From Methylobacter sp. (GTDB lineage Bacteria; Pseudomonadota; Gammaproteobacteria; Methylococcales; Methylomonadaceae), in assembly GCA_024636505.1 (NCBI GenBank), contig JAGXGY010000044.1, positions 9,319-73,318 on the forward strand: a stretch of 64,000 nt of DNA, read 5' to 3'. Of this stretch, positions 9,594 to 18,666 are shown in pieces. The position numbers and the translations under genes are program-made. The notes beneath the pieces were generated by a model. It was not told where the DNA came from and did not search any database. It was given only the letters and a program-made list of their open reading frames with translations. Numbering within the stretch: position 1 is the stretch's first letter; every line of letters begins with the position of its first letter.

Positions 9594-11084
9594 TTATACG
9601 TTGTTTATGGCCGTTTCAATTTGCCTACACAGGGTTTTTAAAATCTTGATCCGCGCAAAGTTTTTGTCATTGGCTTCCACCAGCGTCCACGGCGCAATTT
9701 CGGTGCTGGTGCGATCAACCATATCGCAGACGGCATGTTCATAGTCATCCCATTTGTCACGATTGCGCCAGTCGTCTTCGGTAATCTTGAAACGCTTGAA
9801 GCCGATTTTCTCGCGGGCATTGAAGCGCTCAAGTTGTTCATCCTTGCTGATTGCCAGCCAGAATTTGACCACCACAATATTGTGCCGCACCAACTGCGCT
9901 TCAAAATCGTTGATTTCGCTGTAAGCACGCATCCAATCGGTTTTTGAACAGAAACCCTCAACACGTTCAACCAATACGCGGCCATACCAGGAGCGGTCGA
10001 AAATCGTTACCCGTCCGCGCCGGGGAATATGCCGCCAAAAACGCCATAAATACGGTTGGGCGCGTTCTTCTTCGGTGGGTGCGGCAACGGGGATAATATT
10101 ATAGTAACGCGCGTCCAGCGCGCTGGTGATACGGCGAATGGCACCGCCTTTACCGGCCGCATCATTGCCCTCGAACATCGCTATAACCGTGATGTCTTTA
10201 AACTTGGCTTCGCGAGTCAGCAACGCGAGCTTGCCCTGATATTTTTCCAGTTCAGCTTTAAATTTTTCTTTGGTAATCTTCTGGTTGAGATCGAGCGTCT
10301 TTAGCACGTTCAGCTGGTCAATTGAGGGCAGTGTTGGCGGCGGCGCAATAACCGCTGTTATTTGATTGTCGACATCGTCCAGGCGACTGCGTATCGCGCC
10401 GAGAATCACCTTGCCTATGGTCAAACTGCGGTAGCGATGGTCATAGCCTTCGACGATAGTCCACGGAGCCTCGGCGGTGCTGGTATGCCGTATCACGCTT
10501 TCATGCACGCTACAGAACTTGTCGTATAGCTTGAAATGCTGCCAATCGCGATCGGTCACGCGCCAGCGGGTTTGCTGATTTTTTTCCAGTAGTTTCAGTC
10601 GTTTTTCCTGCCTGTCTTTGGATAAATGCATCCAGAATTTAAGAATCAAGGCTCCTTCGTTGGTCAGCATTTTTTCCAGGCGTTTGGCGCGCTCCATACT
10701 TTGGTCAAAATCAGCCGCTTTGGTTCGGCCGGTTACGCGATTAAGGATCGGCCAGGTATACCAGGAACCGAGAAATACGCCGATCTTGCCTTTAGGCGGA
10801 AGCTCACGCCAGAACCGCCACATCATAGGCCGGTCAAGCTCCTCATCCGACGGTTCGCCCATGCCGTGAGTTTCGATAAAACGTGGGTCCATCCATTCGT
10901 TAAGCAGATTGACGGTCTCGCTACGTCCCGCGCCATCCAGTCCGCCGACCAAAATAATGACCGGGAATTTGGCCTGTTTTGCCAAATCCATCTGCGCTTC
11001 CAGCAGCGCTTCGCGCAGCTCAGGCACTTCCTTATCGTAGGTGGCTTTGTTTATTTTGTGTCCAAGCTCTGCCGATTCAAACAT
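9594..11084 (-). CDS. pap: Polyphosphate:AMP phosphotransferase (two-domain PPK2)
   Basis: Tandem PPK2 domains: GLDGAGR and EGNDAAGKGG, FDRSWYGRVLVERVEG. Start MFESAELGH has a good RBS. Confidence 0.93.
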   Translation of the reverse strand: MFESAELGHKINKATYDKEVPELREALLEAQMDLAKQAKFPVIILVGGLDGAGRSETVNLLNEWMDPRFIETHGMGEPSDEELDRPMMWRFWRELPPKGKIGVFLGSWYTWPILNRVTGRTKAADFDQSMERAKRLEKMLTNEGALILKFWMHLSKDRQEKRLKLLEKNQQTRWRVTDRDWQHFKLYDKFCSVHESVIRHTSTAEAPWTIVEGYDHRYRSLTIGKVILGAIRSRLDDVDNQITAVIAPPPTLPSIDQLNVLKTLDLNQKITKEKFKAELEKYQGKLALLTREAKFKDITVIAMFEGNDAAGKGGAIRRITSALDARYYNIIPVAAPTEEERAQPYLWRFWRHIPRRGRVTIFDRSWYGRVLVERVEGFCSKTDWMRAYSEINDFEAQLVRHNIVVVKFWLAISKDEQLERFNAREKIGFKRFKITEDDWRNRDKWDDYEHAVCDMVDRTSTEIAPWTLVEANDKNFARIKILKTLCRQIETAINNV

Positions 11085-11391
11085 GTGGATCTCCTGAGGG
11101 TTGTCCGAGAATAAAAATAAAAAATTATAGGCGCTATTCACGTTGAAAGCAGCGATGAATATACCGTCTGACCAACAACAATTGTTGCGGCCTGACCTAT
11201 GATGCTTGGTTTGTTGGATAAGGAACGTGCATAAAATAACGTGAGCAAGTTGCCAATAGCGGGAATGCAGGCTTCGCCTGCAAGCGCAAGCAAAGCGTGC
11301 ACTCCGCTGAAAATTTACGTCGCGAGTTATTCAAATTGTTTCATGCTCATTCCTAAGTCAGGCTTGCAGTGTTTTATAGGCACAATATCGG

Positions 11392-13347
11392 CTATAAATT
11401 TTTAATGCATTGTTTAAGCAATTTTATATCGCGCTCAGAAGGACATCTTTGGTAGCGTAGCCTAACGAAAATCCCGGTAATCTCATCAATAACGTCGCCG
11501 ATCTCCGGTTTTTGCGTTTTGGCCCGAACAGCAAAATCATTGGCGCCTTCGCCTAGCCTGATAACTACGCCGACCTTTGCCATTTTTCGGCAAAACTGCC
11601 GATACAATATAACGGCAGGATCTTCCGGCTTGCGCTGAACTGTTAACAGCCCGGCGGCCAGCAGCAACAGGGCCAGCGCAATGGTAGCCACTATCCAAAA
11701 TACAAGCTCAACCAAGCTGCCAATGCCGATAGTTGAGAACAGCAAAGATTGATTATCGCGGCCATAACTGACAATCCAGCGTTGCCAGTGATAATCGACA
11801 CTATCCCAGAGTTGTTCTGCCTGTTTTAATCCGAATTGACCGTCCCATTGATTCGTTTCTATCGCTGTTAAACTCATCGCCCCGGTTTCGACCTGCTTTT
11901 GGACATTAATACCCTGCTCAACCCGCTCTGGCGCAATAGCCGTAGTGGGGTCTACCCTGATCCAGCCCTTGCCGTGCAGCCAGACTTCCGCCCAGGCATG
12001 AGCGTTGGCCTGTCTGACTTCCAGAAACTGACCGACCGCATTGAATTCGCCGCCCTGATAGCCGCTCACCACCCGCGCCGGAATACCGGCAACCCGCATC
12101 AGATAAACAAAGGCCGTTGCGTAGTGATTGCAAAACCCGCTTTTGGCTTCAAACAAAAAACTCTCAATGGGATTATTCTCCATCAGCGGCGGCTGCAAGC
12201 TGTAGCTGAAATGTTGTTGGCGGAAATAGTCCAGCAGCTGTTGAATAAACAGCTCGGGCTTGTCCTCAAAACCATGCAGATGGTTAACCAAAGCGTCAAT
12301 CCGCCTGGAAGGACTGCCCGGCAGCCGACGATTTTCGTGGAACTCGGTTTTAGTGATGTAACCGGTATTGTATTGCGGATAAGACACCAGCGAAAATTCA
12401 GTCGCTTTGCCCGATCCGGTTCGACTGGTGAGCTGATAATTGCTGTTGCGATGCACCGAGGCATCAAATCGAACCGGCATATCCAATGCATACACCCAAT
12501 TATGATCTTGCGGCTCCAGCAACAGAGTATATCGATAGGCTTTCCCGGAAAATTTCAGCCGGTCCTGGTAACGCGTAACATAATCATAGTGTTTGGCTCG
12601 CCAAACCTTACCGTCGGTATAAGAAAAAACCGGGCCGCGCCAATAAAGCTGATTCTGCGGCGGTAACTCGCCGTCAAACTTAACGCGGAATGCCAATTTC
12701 GGCGACAAGGCAAGCCGGTTAATCGATCCCGATTCCAAGGTTTCGCTTAACCCGGACTGAGCCTGATTGTTGTCGTGATTGTTCAGCCCCCAGGCCGGAG
12801 CCTGCATTCTTGGGAACAGCGCGAAAATGATGAACGTCAACGGTAGCGCCTGCAACGCAATGGTCGTAGCCGTGCGTAACGCCACTTTATTGTGTTGCTG
12901 AGCGCTGTTGATGGCCACCAGAACCGCCAATAAAATACAGCAAACCAAAAAACTATAAGCGGCCAGGGCAATATTCTGTTGATAAAGAAATTGCGAAGCG
13001 GCAACGATAAACGCCAGATAACTGAGCAGATACACATCGCGTTTCTTGTTAAGCTCTAGTAACTTAAGCCCCAATGCGGTAATAAAAACCGCCGTTCCAG
13101 CGTCCCGCCCCCATACCCCGCTATGCTGACTATACAATAAACCGATGCCGGAAAGAGTGAGTAGAAAAATGACCTTGCCATTCGGCAGATAATACGGTCG
13201 CCAAACTCCCAGCAATCGCCAGAACAGCAAAGCAAAAAACAGAACCGACAGCGGCAGCGGAACATGACCGATATGCGGGACAGTAATTAGGCCGATTGCA
13301 GTTAACAGCAATAGCAGCACCCGTGGATTGAGTTCGTTAACCCTCAT
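11392..13347 (-). CDS. Transglutaminase-like membrane protein (TgpA/DUF3488 family)
   Basis: N-terminal TM domain, LYWRGPV, GFCNHYA (catalytic Cys), HAWAEVW and WIRVDPT. TAATG overlap with the DUF58 gene. Confidence 0.92.
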   Translation of the reverse strand: MRVNELNPRVLLLLLTAIGLITVPHIGHVPLPLSVLFFALLFWRLLGVWRPYYLPNGKVIFLLTLSGIGLLYSQHSGVWGRDAGTAVFITALGLKLLELNKKRDVYLLSYLAFIVAASQFLYQQNIALAAYSFLVCCILLAVLVAINSAQQHNKVALRTATTIALQALPLTFIIFALFPRMQAPAWGLNNHDNNQAQSGLSETLESGSINRLALSPKLAFRVKFDGELPPQNQLYWRGPVFSYTDGKVWRAKHYDYVTRYQDRLKFSGKAYRYTLLLEPQDHNWVYALDMPVRFDASVHRNSNYQLTSRTGSGKATEFSLVSYPQYNTGYITKTEFHENRRLPGSPSRRIDALVNHLHGFEDKPELFIQQLLDYFRQQHFSYSLQPPLMENNPIESFLFEAKSGFCNHYATAFVYLMRVAGIPARVVSGYQGGEFNAVGQFLEVRQANAHAWAEVWLHGKGWIRVDPTTAIAPERVEQGINVQKQVETGAMSLTAIETNQWDGQFGLKQAEQLWDSVDYHWQRWIVSYGRDNQSLLFSTIGIGSLVELVFWIVATIALALLLLAAGLLTVQRKPEDPAVILYRQFCRKMAKVGVVIRLGEGANDFAVRAKTQKPEIGDVIDEITGIFVRLRYQRCPSERDIKLLKQCIKNL

Positions 13348-14324
13348 TAAAACAGCGCCAATAATTTCAAACAGGCTGCGTAATGATTGATGCCGCAATC
13401 AGGCGCAATTTTTTTGCCGGGAAGCTGCAAGCCATAGCGTATTCCCGCATTTTCGGCCTCAATAACCCAGCGACACAGCTGACTAAGCCGTTTTTCAACA
13501 TTAGCCCCGGGCGTATTTTGGTAATCCAGCCACAACTCCATGCTATTTGCATCGTCGGCGTATTGCTTGCTGAGCAGTCCCTGGCCTTTGGCATAAGCCT
13601 TCCAGTGAATCTGCCGCAACGAATCGCCGAACTGATAAGCACGGATGCCGTTGAAATCATCGCGCCCCGAGCGCTCAATCTGGCGCTTCCCTGATGGCTG
13701 TTGACCTTCGCCGACAGGAAAAGGCAAGGAAATAGCGCTGGGTTTGGGGTAAACCAGTACCCTGCTGTCAAACCTGAGCGGCGACCAGGCACGAAACGCC
13801 CCCAATGGATAACAACTGGAAAAGGTGACTGTATCGATTAACTGCCAGCCCCGTTTTTGCGTGGCTGCTCGTAGCGTTATGGTCTTGTCGGCATCGGCAT
13901 CAAGGGTAAAAGATTGCTCGTTTTCCAGCGTTACGGATAATGCCATTTTCGGTTGATTGCCGGGATTGGTCACCGTTACCGTAAATTCGGCCGCTTCCCC
14001 GGCAAATACCGGCTGCACGAAACCTGCCTGCACCACCAGTCCGGCCAATGCTTTAAAGGTATGCAAAATGGTGATAAAAAAGATACTCGCCAGCAAAAAA
14101 CCGAGCAGGTAGACCAGATTATTGTTGTAAATAAAGGCGATCAACAGCAGCAGCACAATCGTAAACACCATGCCCAAGCCTCGCTGGGTAGGCAGGATAA
14201 ACACCCGGCGCTGGTTCAGTTCCACCGGGCCATTGAACGGCGGCTCGCCCCTGAAAAAACGGCTGAGTTTAAAGCGTTGTTTAAAAGAAAGTTTAGCGTT
14301 ATCCATCTTGAACCTTTTTATCAA
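13347..14324 (-). CDS. DUF58 domain protein
   Basis: RVFILPT, YNNNLVYLL, VYPKP, DDFNGIRAYQFGDSLRQIHWKAYAK. Alternative start at 14306. Confidence 0.9.
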   Translation of the reverse strand: MIKRFKMDNAKLSFKQRFKLSRFFRGEPPFNGPVELNQRRVFILPTQRGLGMVFTIVLLLLIAFIYNNNLVYLLGFLLASIFFITILHTFKALAGLVVQAGFVQPVFAGEAAEFTVTVTNPGNQPKMALSVTLENEQSFTLDADADKTITLRAATQKRGWQLIDTVTFSSCYPLGAFRAWSPLRFDSRVLVYPKPSAISLPFPVGEGQQPSGKRQIERSGRDDFNGIRAYQFGDSLRQIHWKAYAKGQGLLSKQYADDANSMELWLDYQNTPGANVEKRLSQLCRWVIEAENAGIRYGLQLPGKKIAPDCGINHYAACLKLLALF

Positions 14325-14476
14325 CCTTCCTTGCTGGTGTTAGACCTCGGCCTTCAGGCCGAAAGGAGCGCCCGCAACGAGCGAAGCGAAGTGGCTTTCT
14401 TGGGCGCGGATTGGGAAGAGGATACAGACCTCTTCACAATCATTGGCTTCATCCCGCAGGGATGTTTCCTTATTAC

Positions 14477-15166
14477 TCAGCTCTGATCGCAAGCGATGTT
14501 GCCTCCCGGTTTGGGGTCGGATATTTTCAGAAACAGCACCCGGTCATCGTTACGAGGGTTAGCACCCTCATCGTTTATTGGCGTGTTAATGATGGCATCG
14601 TCCCCGGCTGACACCAAACGAGCACAATCCAAAGGATTCGAAGAAATGCTACATGTCGCAGGTACCTGAAGAATAATGGGACGATGCCAGGCATCGAAAA
14701 CTTGGGTGATAGTAATTACATGATGATCAATATGAGCCTTGCCGTTGGGCGTTGTTGTACTATAGGCCGTAAAAGAGGTATCCAAATTTGCCGCGCTTTC
14801 CGCACTCAATACTCCGCCGCTTTGTAAATAAGGCCCGCGCCAGCCAACGCCGGTTTTGGCATTATAAGCAGACCAGCCACCTGGTTCAAAAAGATAAGTA
14901 AGCGAATAATCCGTTGGAGTACTTTGGGGTGAAGGATAGCGCCCCAGGGTATCGCCATAAAACCCGGCACCGGCAGCGCCGCCCATAATCGCCTGCTTAA
15001 CCGTCTGCATGGTTGCATCGGTCGTCTGGCAACTGGCGGTGCTGCTGGTGTTGCCTACATAGGGCACCACCAGTCCGGCAAGGGCGACGAGTATCAGCAG
15101 CACCACCGATAGCTCTATTAAGGTCACGCCGCGTTGCAAAGTATTAAGGTAATGTTTTCCTGTCAT
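14477..15166 (-). CDS. Prepilin-type GspG-like pseudopilin
   Basis: Class III signal QRG|VTLIELSVVLL; GWRGPYL, DAWHRP and LVSAGDD GspG-like motifs. Confidence 0.85.
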   Translation of the reverse strand: MTGKHYLNTLQRGVTLIELSVVLLILVALAGLVVPYVGNTSSTASCQTTDATMQTVKQAIMGGAAGAGFYGDTLGRYPSPQSTPTDYSLTYLFEPGGWSAYNAKTGVGWRGPYLQSGGVLSAESAANLDTSFTAYSTTTPNGKAHIDHHVITITQVFDAWHRPIILQVPATCSISSNPLDCARLVSAGDDAIINTPINDEGANPRNDDRVLFLKISDPKPGGNIACDQS

Positions 15167-15192
15167 GTTTCACCAATATAGATAGATATTTA

Positions 15193-15347
15193 TCATTGCC
15201 ACGCTCCGGCGTTCATCGTTCCCACGCTTCCGCGTGGCAATGCATACGACAGCACGACCACCCCTAAAGCCGCTATGGATTCCCACGCAGAGCATTCATC
15301 GTTCCCACGCTCCGGCGTGGGAATGCAGTCTCAGACGCTCCAGCGTC
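15193..15347. repeat. REP family A cluster (left arm of REPtron)
   Basis: CATCGTTCCCACGCTCCGGCGTGGGAATGCAG...GACGCTCCAGCGTC plus degenerate copies. Confidence 0.85.
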
Positions 15348-15351
15348 GATT

Positions 15352-15882
15352 TCACCAGGAATCCACATCAATCAACCCCTCTAACCCGGCATAATGAGCG
15401 GCACTCGAATACCGCCAATGCTCCGCCAGATTCACATAACCGCGCTTCACCGGATTGGCGTGAATGTAGTCCAATTTTTCCCGCATCATTGCCTCGTTAA
15501 ACACCAGCTCGGCATGAACGCCCTCTTGCCAGAACTGATGCTCGCGGTCAGTTTTATGCGCTCGCTTGAAAAAACGTAAATGTTTCAACAATCGCTCTAC
15601 ATGCTGTGCCTGCAGATGGTCGATAATCCGCCGCGCCGTATAAGCCTTGAAACTGCTCACACACTTGTTCAAGTCTTTCGCTTGCGCAATAAAATGCAAA
15701 TGGTTTTCTAAAATAACGTAACCATAAAGCTGTAAATCTTGATGTTCCCTTTGGTAACACCAGCAATCGAGTACGATTTGTACCGTCTCAGGGCGTGTGA
15801 AAACCGGCAGCCATTCCAGTACCGTACAGGTCATAAAATGCGGCATGCCGGGTTCGGTTATCGTGTAGCGGCTTCTTCCCAT
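15352..15882 (-). mobile_element. REP-associated tyrosine transposase (RAYT, HUH Y1 family)
   Basis: HFMTCT, YVILENHLH (HUH), FWQEG, YIHANPVKRG and WRYSS motifs. Flanked by inverted 51-bp REP arms. Confidence 0.92.
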
Positions 15883-15913
15883 AATCTTTTAACGTTGCGA
15901 GTTAGTGAGACGG

Positions 15914-15964
15914 GACGCTGGAGCGTCCCGGACTGCATTCCCACGCCGGAGCGTGGGAACGATG
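15914..15964. repeat. REP family A (right arm of REPtron, inverted)
   Basis: Reverse complement matches 15297-15347 at 48 of 51 positions. Confidence 0.88.
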
Positions 15965-15982
15965 CGTTTTCTTCTTTTTCGT

Positions 15983-18136
15983 TTACCAATTGATCACCGG
16001 CAAGGTGGCGTTCGGATGGAAATCTATCTGAATAGGGTTTTGACGGTCGGCTGGATAAAGCGGATTGTTGACCGGATCGCAGTCGCCATCGTATTCGTAA
16101 ATACCGATGGCGTTTTGGCCTGTGGGGATGAAAACAGGATTGGTCTCAAAATTAAATTGCACAGTTTGATAAGCCCCATCTTCCTCAATCAAAGTCGGCA
16201 AGCTGGTTGCCACGTTGAGATTACCGTTATTGCGATAAAACACATTCAGACACACCGATTGTCGATGCTCATTCCATACTCCGGTTGCGGTTTCGCAAGT
16301 TTGTTTATTGAACGGTGCGCCATCATGCTCGGCTCGCGGTATAGAACAATCACCCTCGCGGGGGTTGCCGCCTTTGACTAAACACTGGGTATCGGGAAAT
16401 TCACATTGTTTGGGTTCAGAGCCTGCATTCCAAATGCCGCCTTGCGCTGTACAGTTGGCTAGGGTATCGAAAGCACAATAACTATTCCATTGCGCTCCCA
16501 TTGCCTCGCAAGCAGCAGGCGTTGAAGGTGCAGTCAATGGCAGTGTAAATTGACATTGCCGACTATTTGCCAGCCAGGAGCCGCCCGAACGGTTACAGGC
16601 CGAATTGGTAAATTCACATTGGCTAACATAAGAGCCGCCCACCATGTTGGTGCATTGATTGGGCGTAAAATCACAACGGTTCCAGGCTCCACCCGCAACA
16701 TTGCAGCTTTTTTGCGAGATATTGCAACCCCAGATGCCTTTGTCTGAGTTCGGTGTGGTTGATGTATCACATTGTTGGGGAGTGGATACATCATTTGATG
16801 GTTTAAAATCGCAGCTACCGGTTGTTGCATCCCAAGTACCATTGGCAGACGAGCAAGTTGTCGAATCAAATTCGCATTCGCCTGTCGCAGGATTCCATTT
16901 ATCCACATTACTATTTAAATCTTTACATTCCTGTTGCGAAAAATGGCATGAGGAAGCCCCAGTCCAATAGCCAGGGTGTGGCAATGCAGTAGGGCATTGT
17001 GCTTTTGCAATATGGCAGCTGCTTGTTTCGGTATCCCATGTATTAGGCGCTACACATTGCGGTTGAGTAATTGAGCAACGATTGGTAATTGCCTCCCAGG
17101 TTCCGCCAAAGTCTGTGCAAGCGTCTTTGCCTAAATAACAGCCTGATTCGCCCCATCGTCCAGAAGCATTGCGGCAGGATTTAATGCCTACATTTGGAGT
17201 GTTGTTGTAAAAACTTAACGCTTGAACAATCGAAAAGCCGCAATTACCTAGTAACGGATTTATGGGCTTCTTGATGTTGAGTTTTATGCCACCGGAAATA
17301 TCCACCAACCAATCTTGTCGAAGCACTGTAGGATTCGGAAAGTAATCCGTACCAAATAAGTTAAGGTTGGGTGGATAGTCATTCTCGTAATCCGTATTGG
17401 TTGGAATAGTATTATCCTTTCGCTGGTTTTTACCGAAACTTTGGATAATTAAGTTACCACTGTCTTGATTGTTGCCTGTCAAGGCATCAAGTTGAAAATA
17501 ACCCCACCCATAACTTTGATCAGTTACCCCCGCCCCCAAATTACCCCAACCATCTGTCAGCGCATCAGGTTCGTCGGGATTTCCAGAGATCGATAAATAA
17601 GGACCATTCCAACCGCCATAAAACAAATGCGCCCATTGCATACCATTTGCTAGGCATTGCGTCTGATTATTTTGATAAAGAACATCGCTGCACAAGCCAA
17701 AACTTTTTTTCCCGATCCACAAGGCGTTATTGGTTTCACATGCCGACTGAGAGGTGTAAATTGAATTGGAACAAAAACTGAACCAAACACCTCCATTGCT
17801 TTCGCAGGTTAATTCATCAGCATAAGTTTTATTGCCGCAATAACCTGTTGCTCCTGCATTTATATCAATTAATTCCCGCACGCTCATTGGCAACCGCCCC
17901 ATATCCGCCACAAACCCGCTAACCGCCTGCTGGCCGTTGATAACCAACTTGGGATTACCCAAAATCGCCTGCTTGATCATCTCCAGCCGTTCCTTGGTTT
18001 GTTCGTAACGGGTCTGAAAACCCAATTCGGCGGTTTCGCGCACCGCGACGCTGGCCAGCAGAGTAATCAGCAGCAACACTACGGTTAGTTCGACCAGCGT
18101 GAAGCCGCGTTGAGGGTTGTATATACGGGCAATCAT
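15983..18136 (-). CDS. Large prepilin-type protein: GspG-like core with Cys/Trp-rich repeats
   Basis: QRG|FTLVELTVVLL, DMGRLP, GWNGPYL, DGWGN, QSFGKN. 36 Cys, nearly all in C-x5-C-x3-GGxW-like units. Confidence 0.85.
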   Translation of the reverse strand: MIARIYNPQRGFTLVELTVVLLLITLLASVAVRETAELGFQTRYEQTKERLEMIKQAILGNPKLVINGQQAVSGFVADMGRLPMSVRELIDINAGATGYCGNKTYADELTCESNGGVWFSFCSNSIYTSQSACETNNALWIGKKSFGLCSDVLYQNNQTQCLANGMQWAHLFYGGWNGPYLSISGNPDEPDALTDGWGNLGAGVTDQSYGWGYFQLDALTGNNQDSGNLIIQSFGKNQRKDNTIPTNTDYENDYPPNLNLFGTDYFPNPTVLRQDWLVDISGGIKLNIKKPINPLLGNCGFSIVQALSFYNNTPNVGIKSCRNASGRWGESGCYLGKDACTDFGGTWEAITNRCSITQPQCVAPNTWDTETSSCHIAKAQCPTALPHPGYWTGASSCHFSQQECKDLNSNVDKWNPATGECEFDSTTCSSANGTWDATTGSCDFKPSNDVSTPQQCDTSTTPNSDKGIWGCNISQKSCNVAGGAWNRCDFTPNQCTNMVGGSYVSQCEFTNSACNRSGGSWLANSRQCQFTLPLTAPSTPAACEAMGAQWNSYCAFDTLANCTAQGGIWNAGSEPKQCEFPDTQCLVKGGNPREGDCSIPRAEHDGAPFNKQTCETATGVWNEHRQSVCLNVFYRNNGNLNVATSLPTLIEEDGAYQTVQFNFETNPVFIPTGQNAIGIYEYDGDCDPVNNPLYPADRQNPIQIDFHPNATLPVINW

Positions 18137-18145
18137 AGCGGGTTA

Positions 18146-18556
18146 TCAGGGGTGAGTAGTGATTGTGGGTTTTTTCGGCAATTCGGCATCTAGTCTTTGC
18201 GGCAAGCACCACATTGCACCGGTGGTAGGGTCAATCAATAGCATACCGAGAGGATTTAACAGATTGCCCCAGTACCAGCCATCCATGCGGCTTGCCAGTT
18301 TGTAGATTTGCGGCTCAAAACCCGGTTTGCTGAAATGAACGGTATAGTACCCCCGTCTGAAATAACCCGCCCCACTTTCCAGCCAAACAGTAGCAGGGGT
18401 TTGTCCGTGTTTAATTTCCACACCGTTTAAGTTTGTGATAATAAATTCAGCACGGTCAGGATTACTGTTGATTAGTATTGGGTAGGCGGATCTACTGACT
18501 ATGCTGGCGCAACCGTGAAGCAGTAATACGGTAATCAGGACGATATATTTTTTCAT
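18146..18556 (-). CDS. Lipoprotein with PEGA-like beta fold
   Basis: Lipobox LLHG|C; INSNP..A...G.TP pattern; C-terminal WYWGN...IDPTTGAMW. Confidence 0.7.
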   Translation of the reverse strand: MKKYIVLITVLLLHGCASIVSRSAYPILINSNPDRAEFIITNLNGVEIKHGQTPATVWLESGAGYFRRGYYTVHFSKPGFEPQIYKLASRMDGWYWGNLLNPLGMLLIDPTTGAMWCLPQRLDAELPKKPTITTHP

Positions 18557-18666
18557 AAATAGCTAACCAATATATTTTTTAACAGTTAAAAGTAACCACT
18601 AAGGCACAGAGAGAAACCATTCAAAATCTCTACACTTTAGTGGATAACCCATTTATTGCTTGGGGT

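Noticed and set aside
11899-12666. 255-aa plus-strand ORF
   Set aside because: It lies fully antisense to the transglutaminase gene and has no recognisable motifs.
15983-18136. Multiheme cytochrome nanowire
   Set aside because: There are no CxxCH motifs; the two CH dipeptides lack the first Cys.
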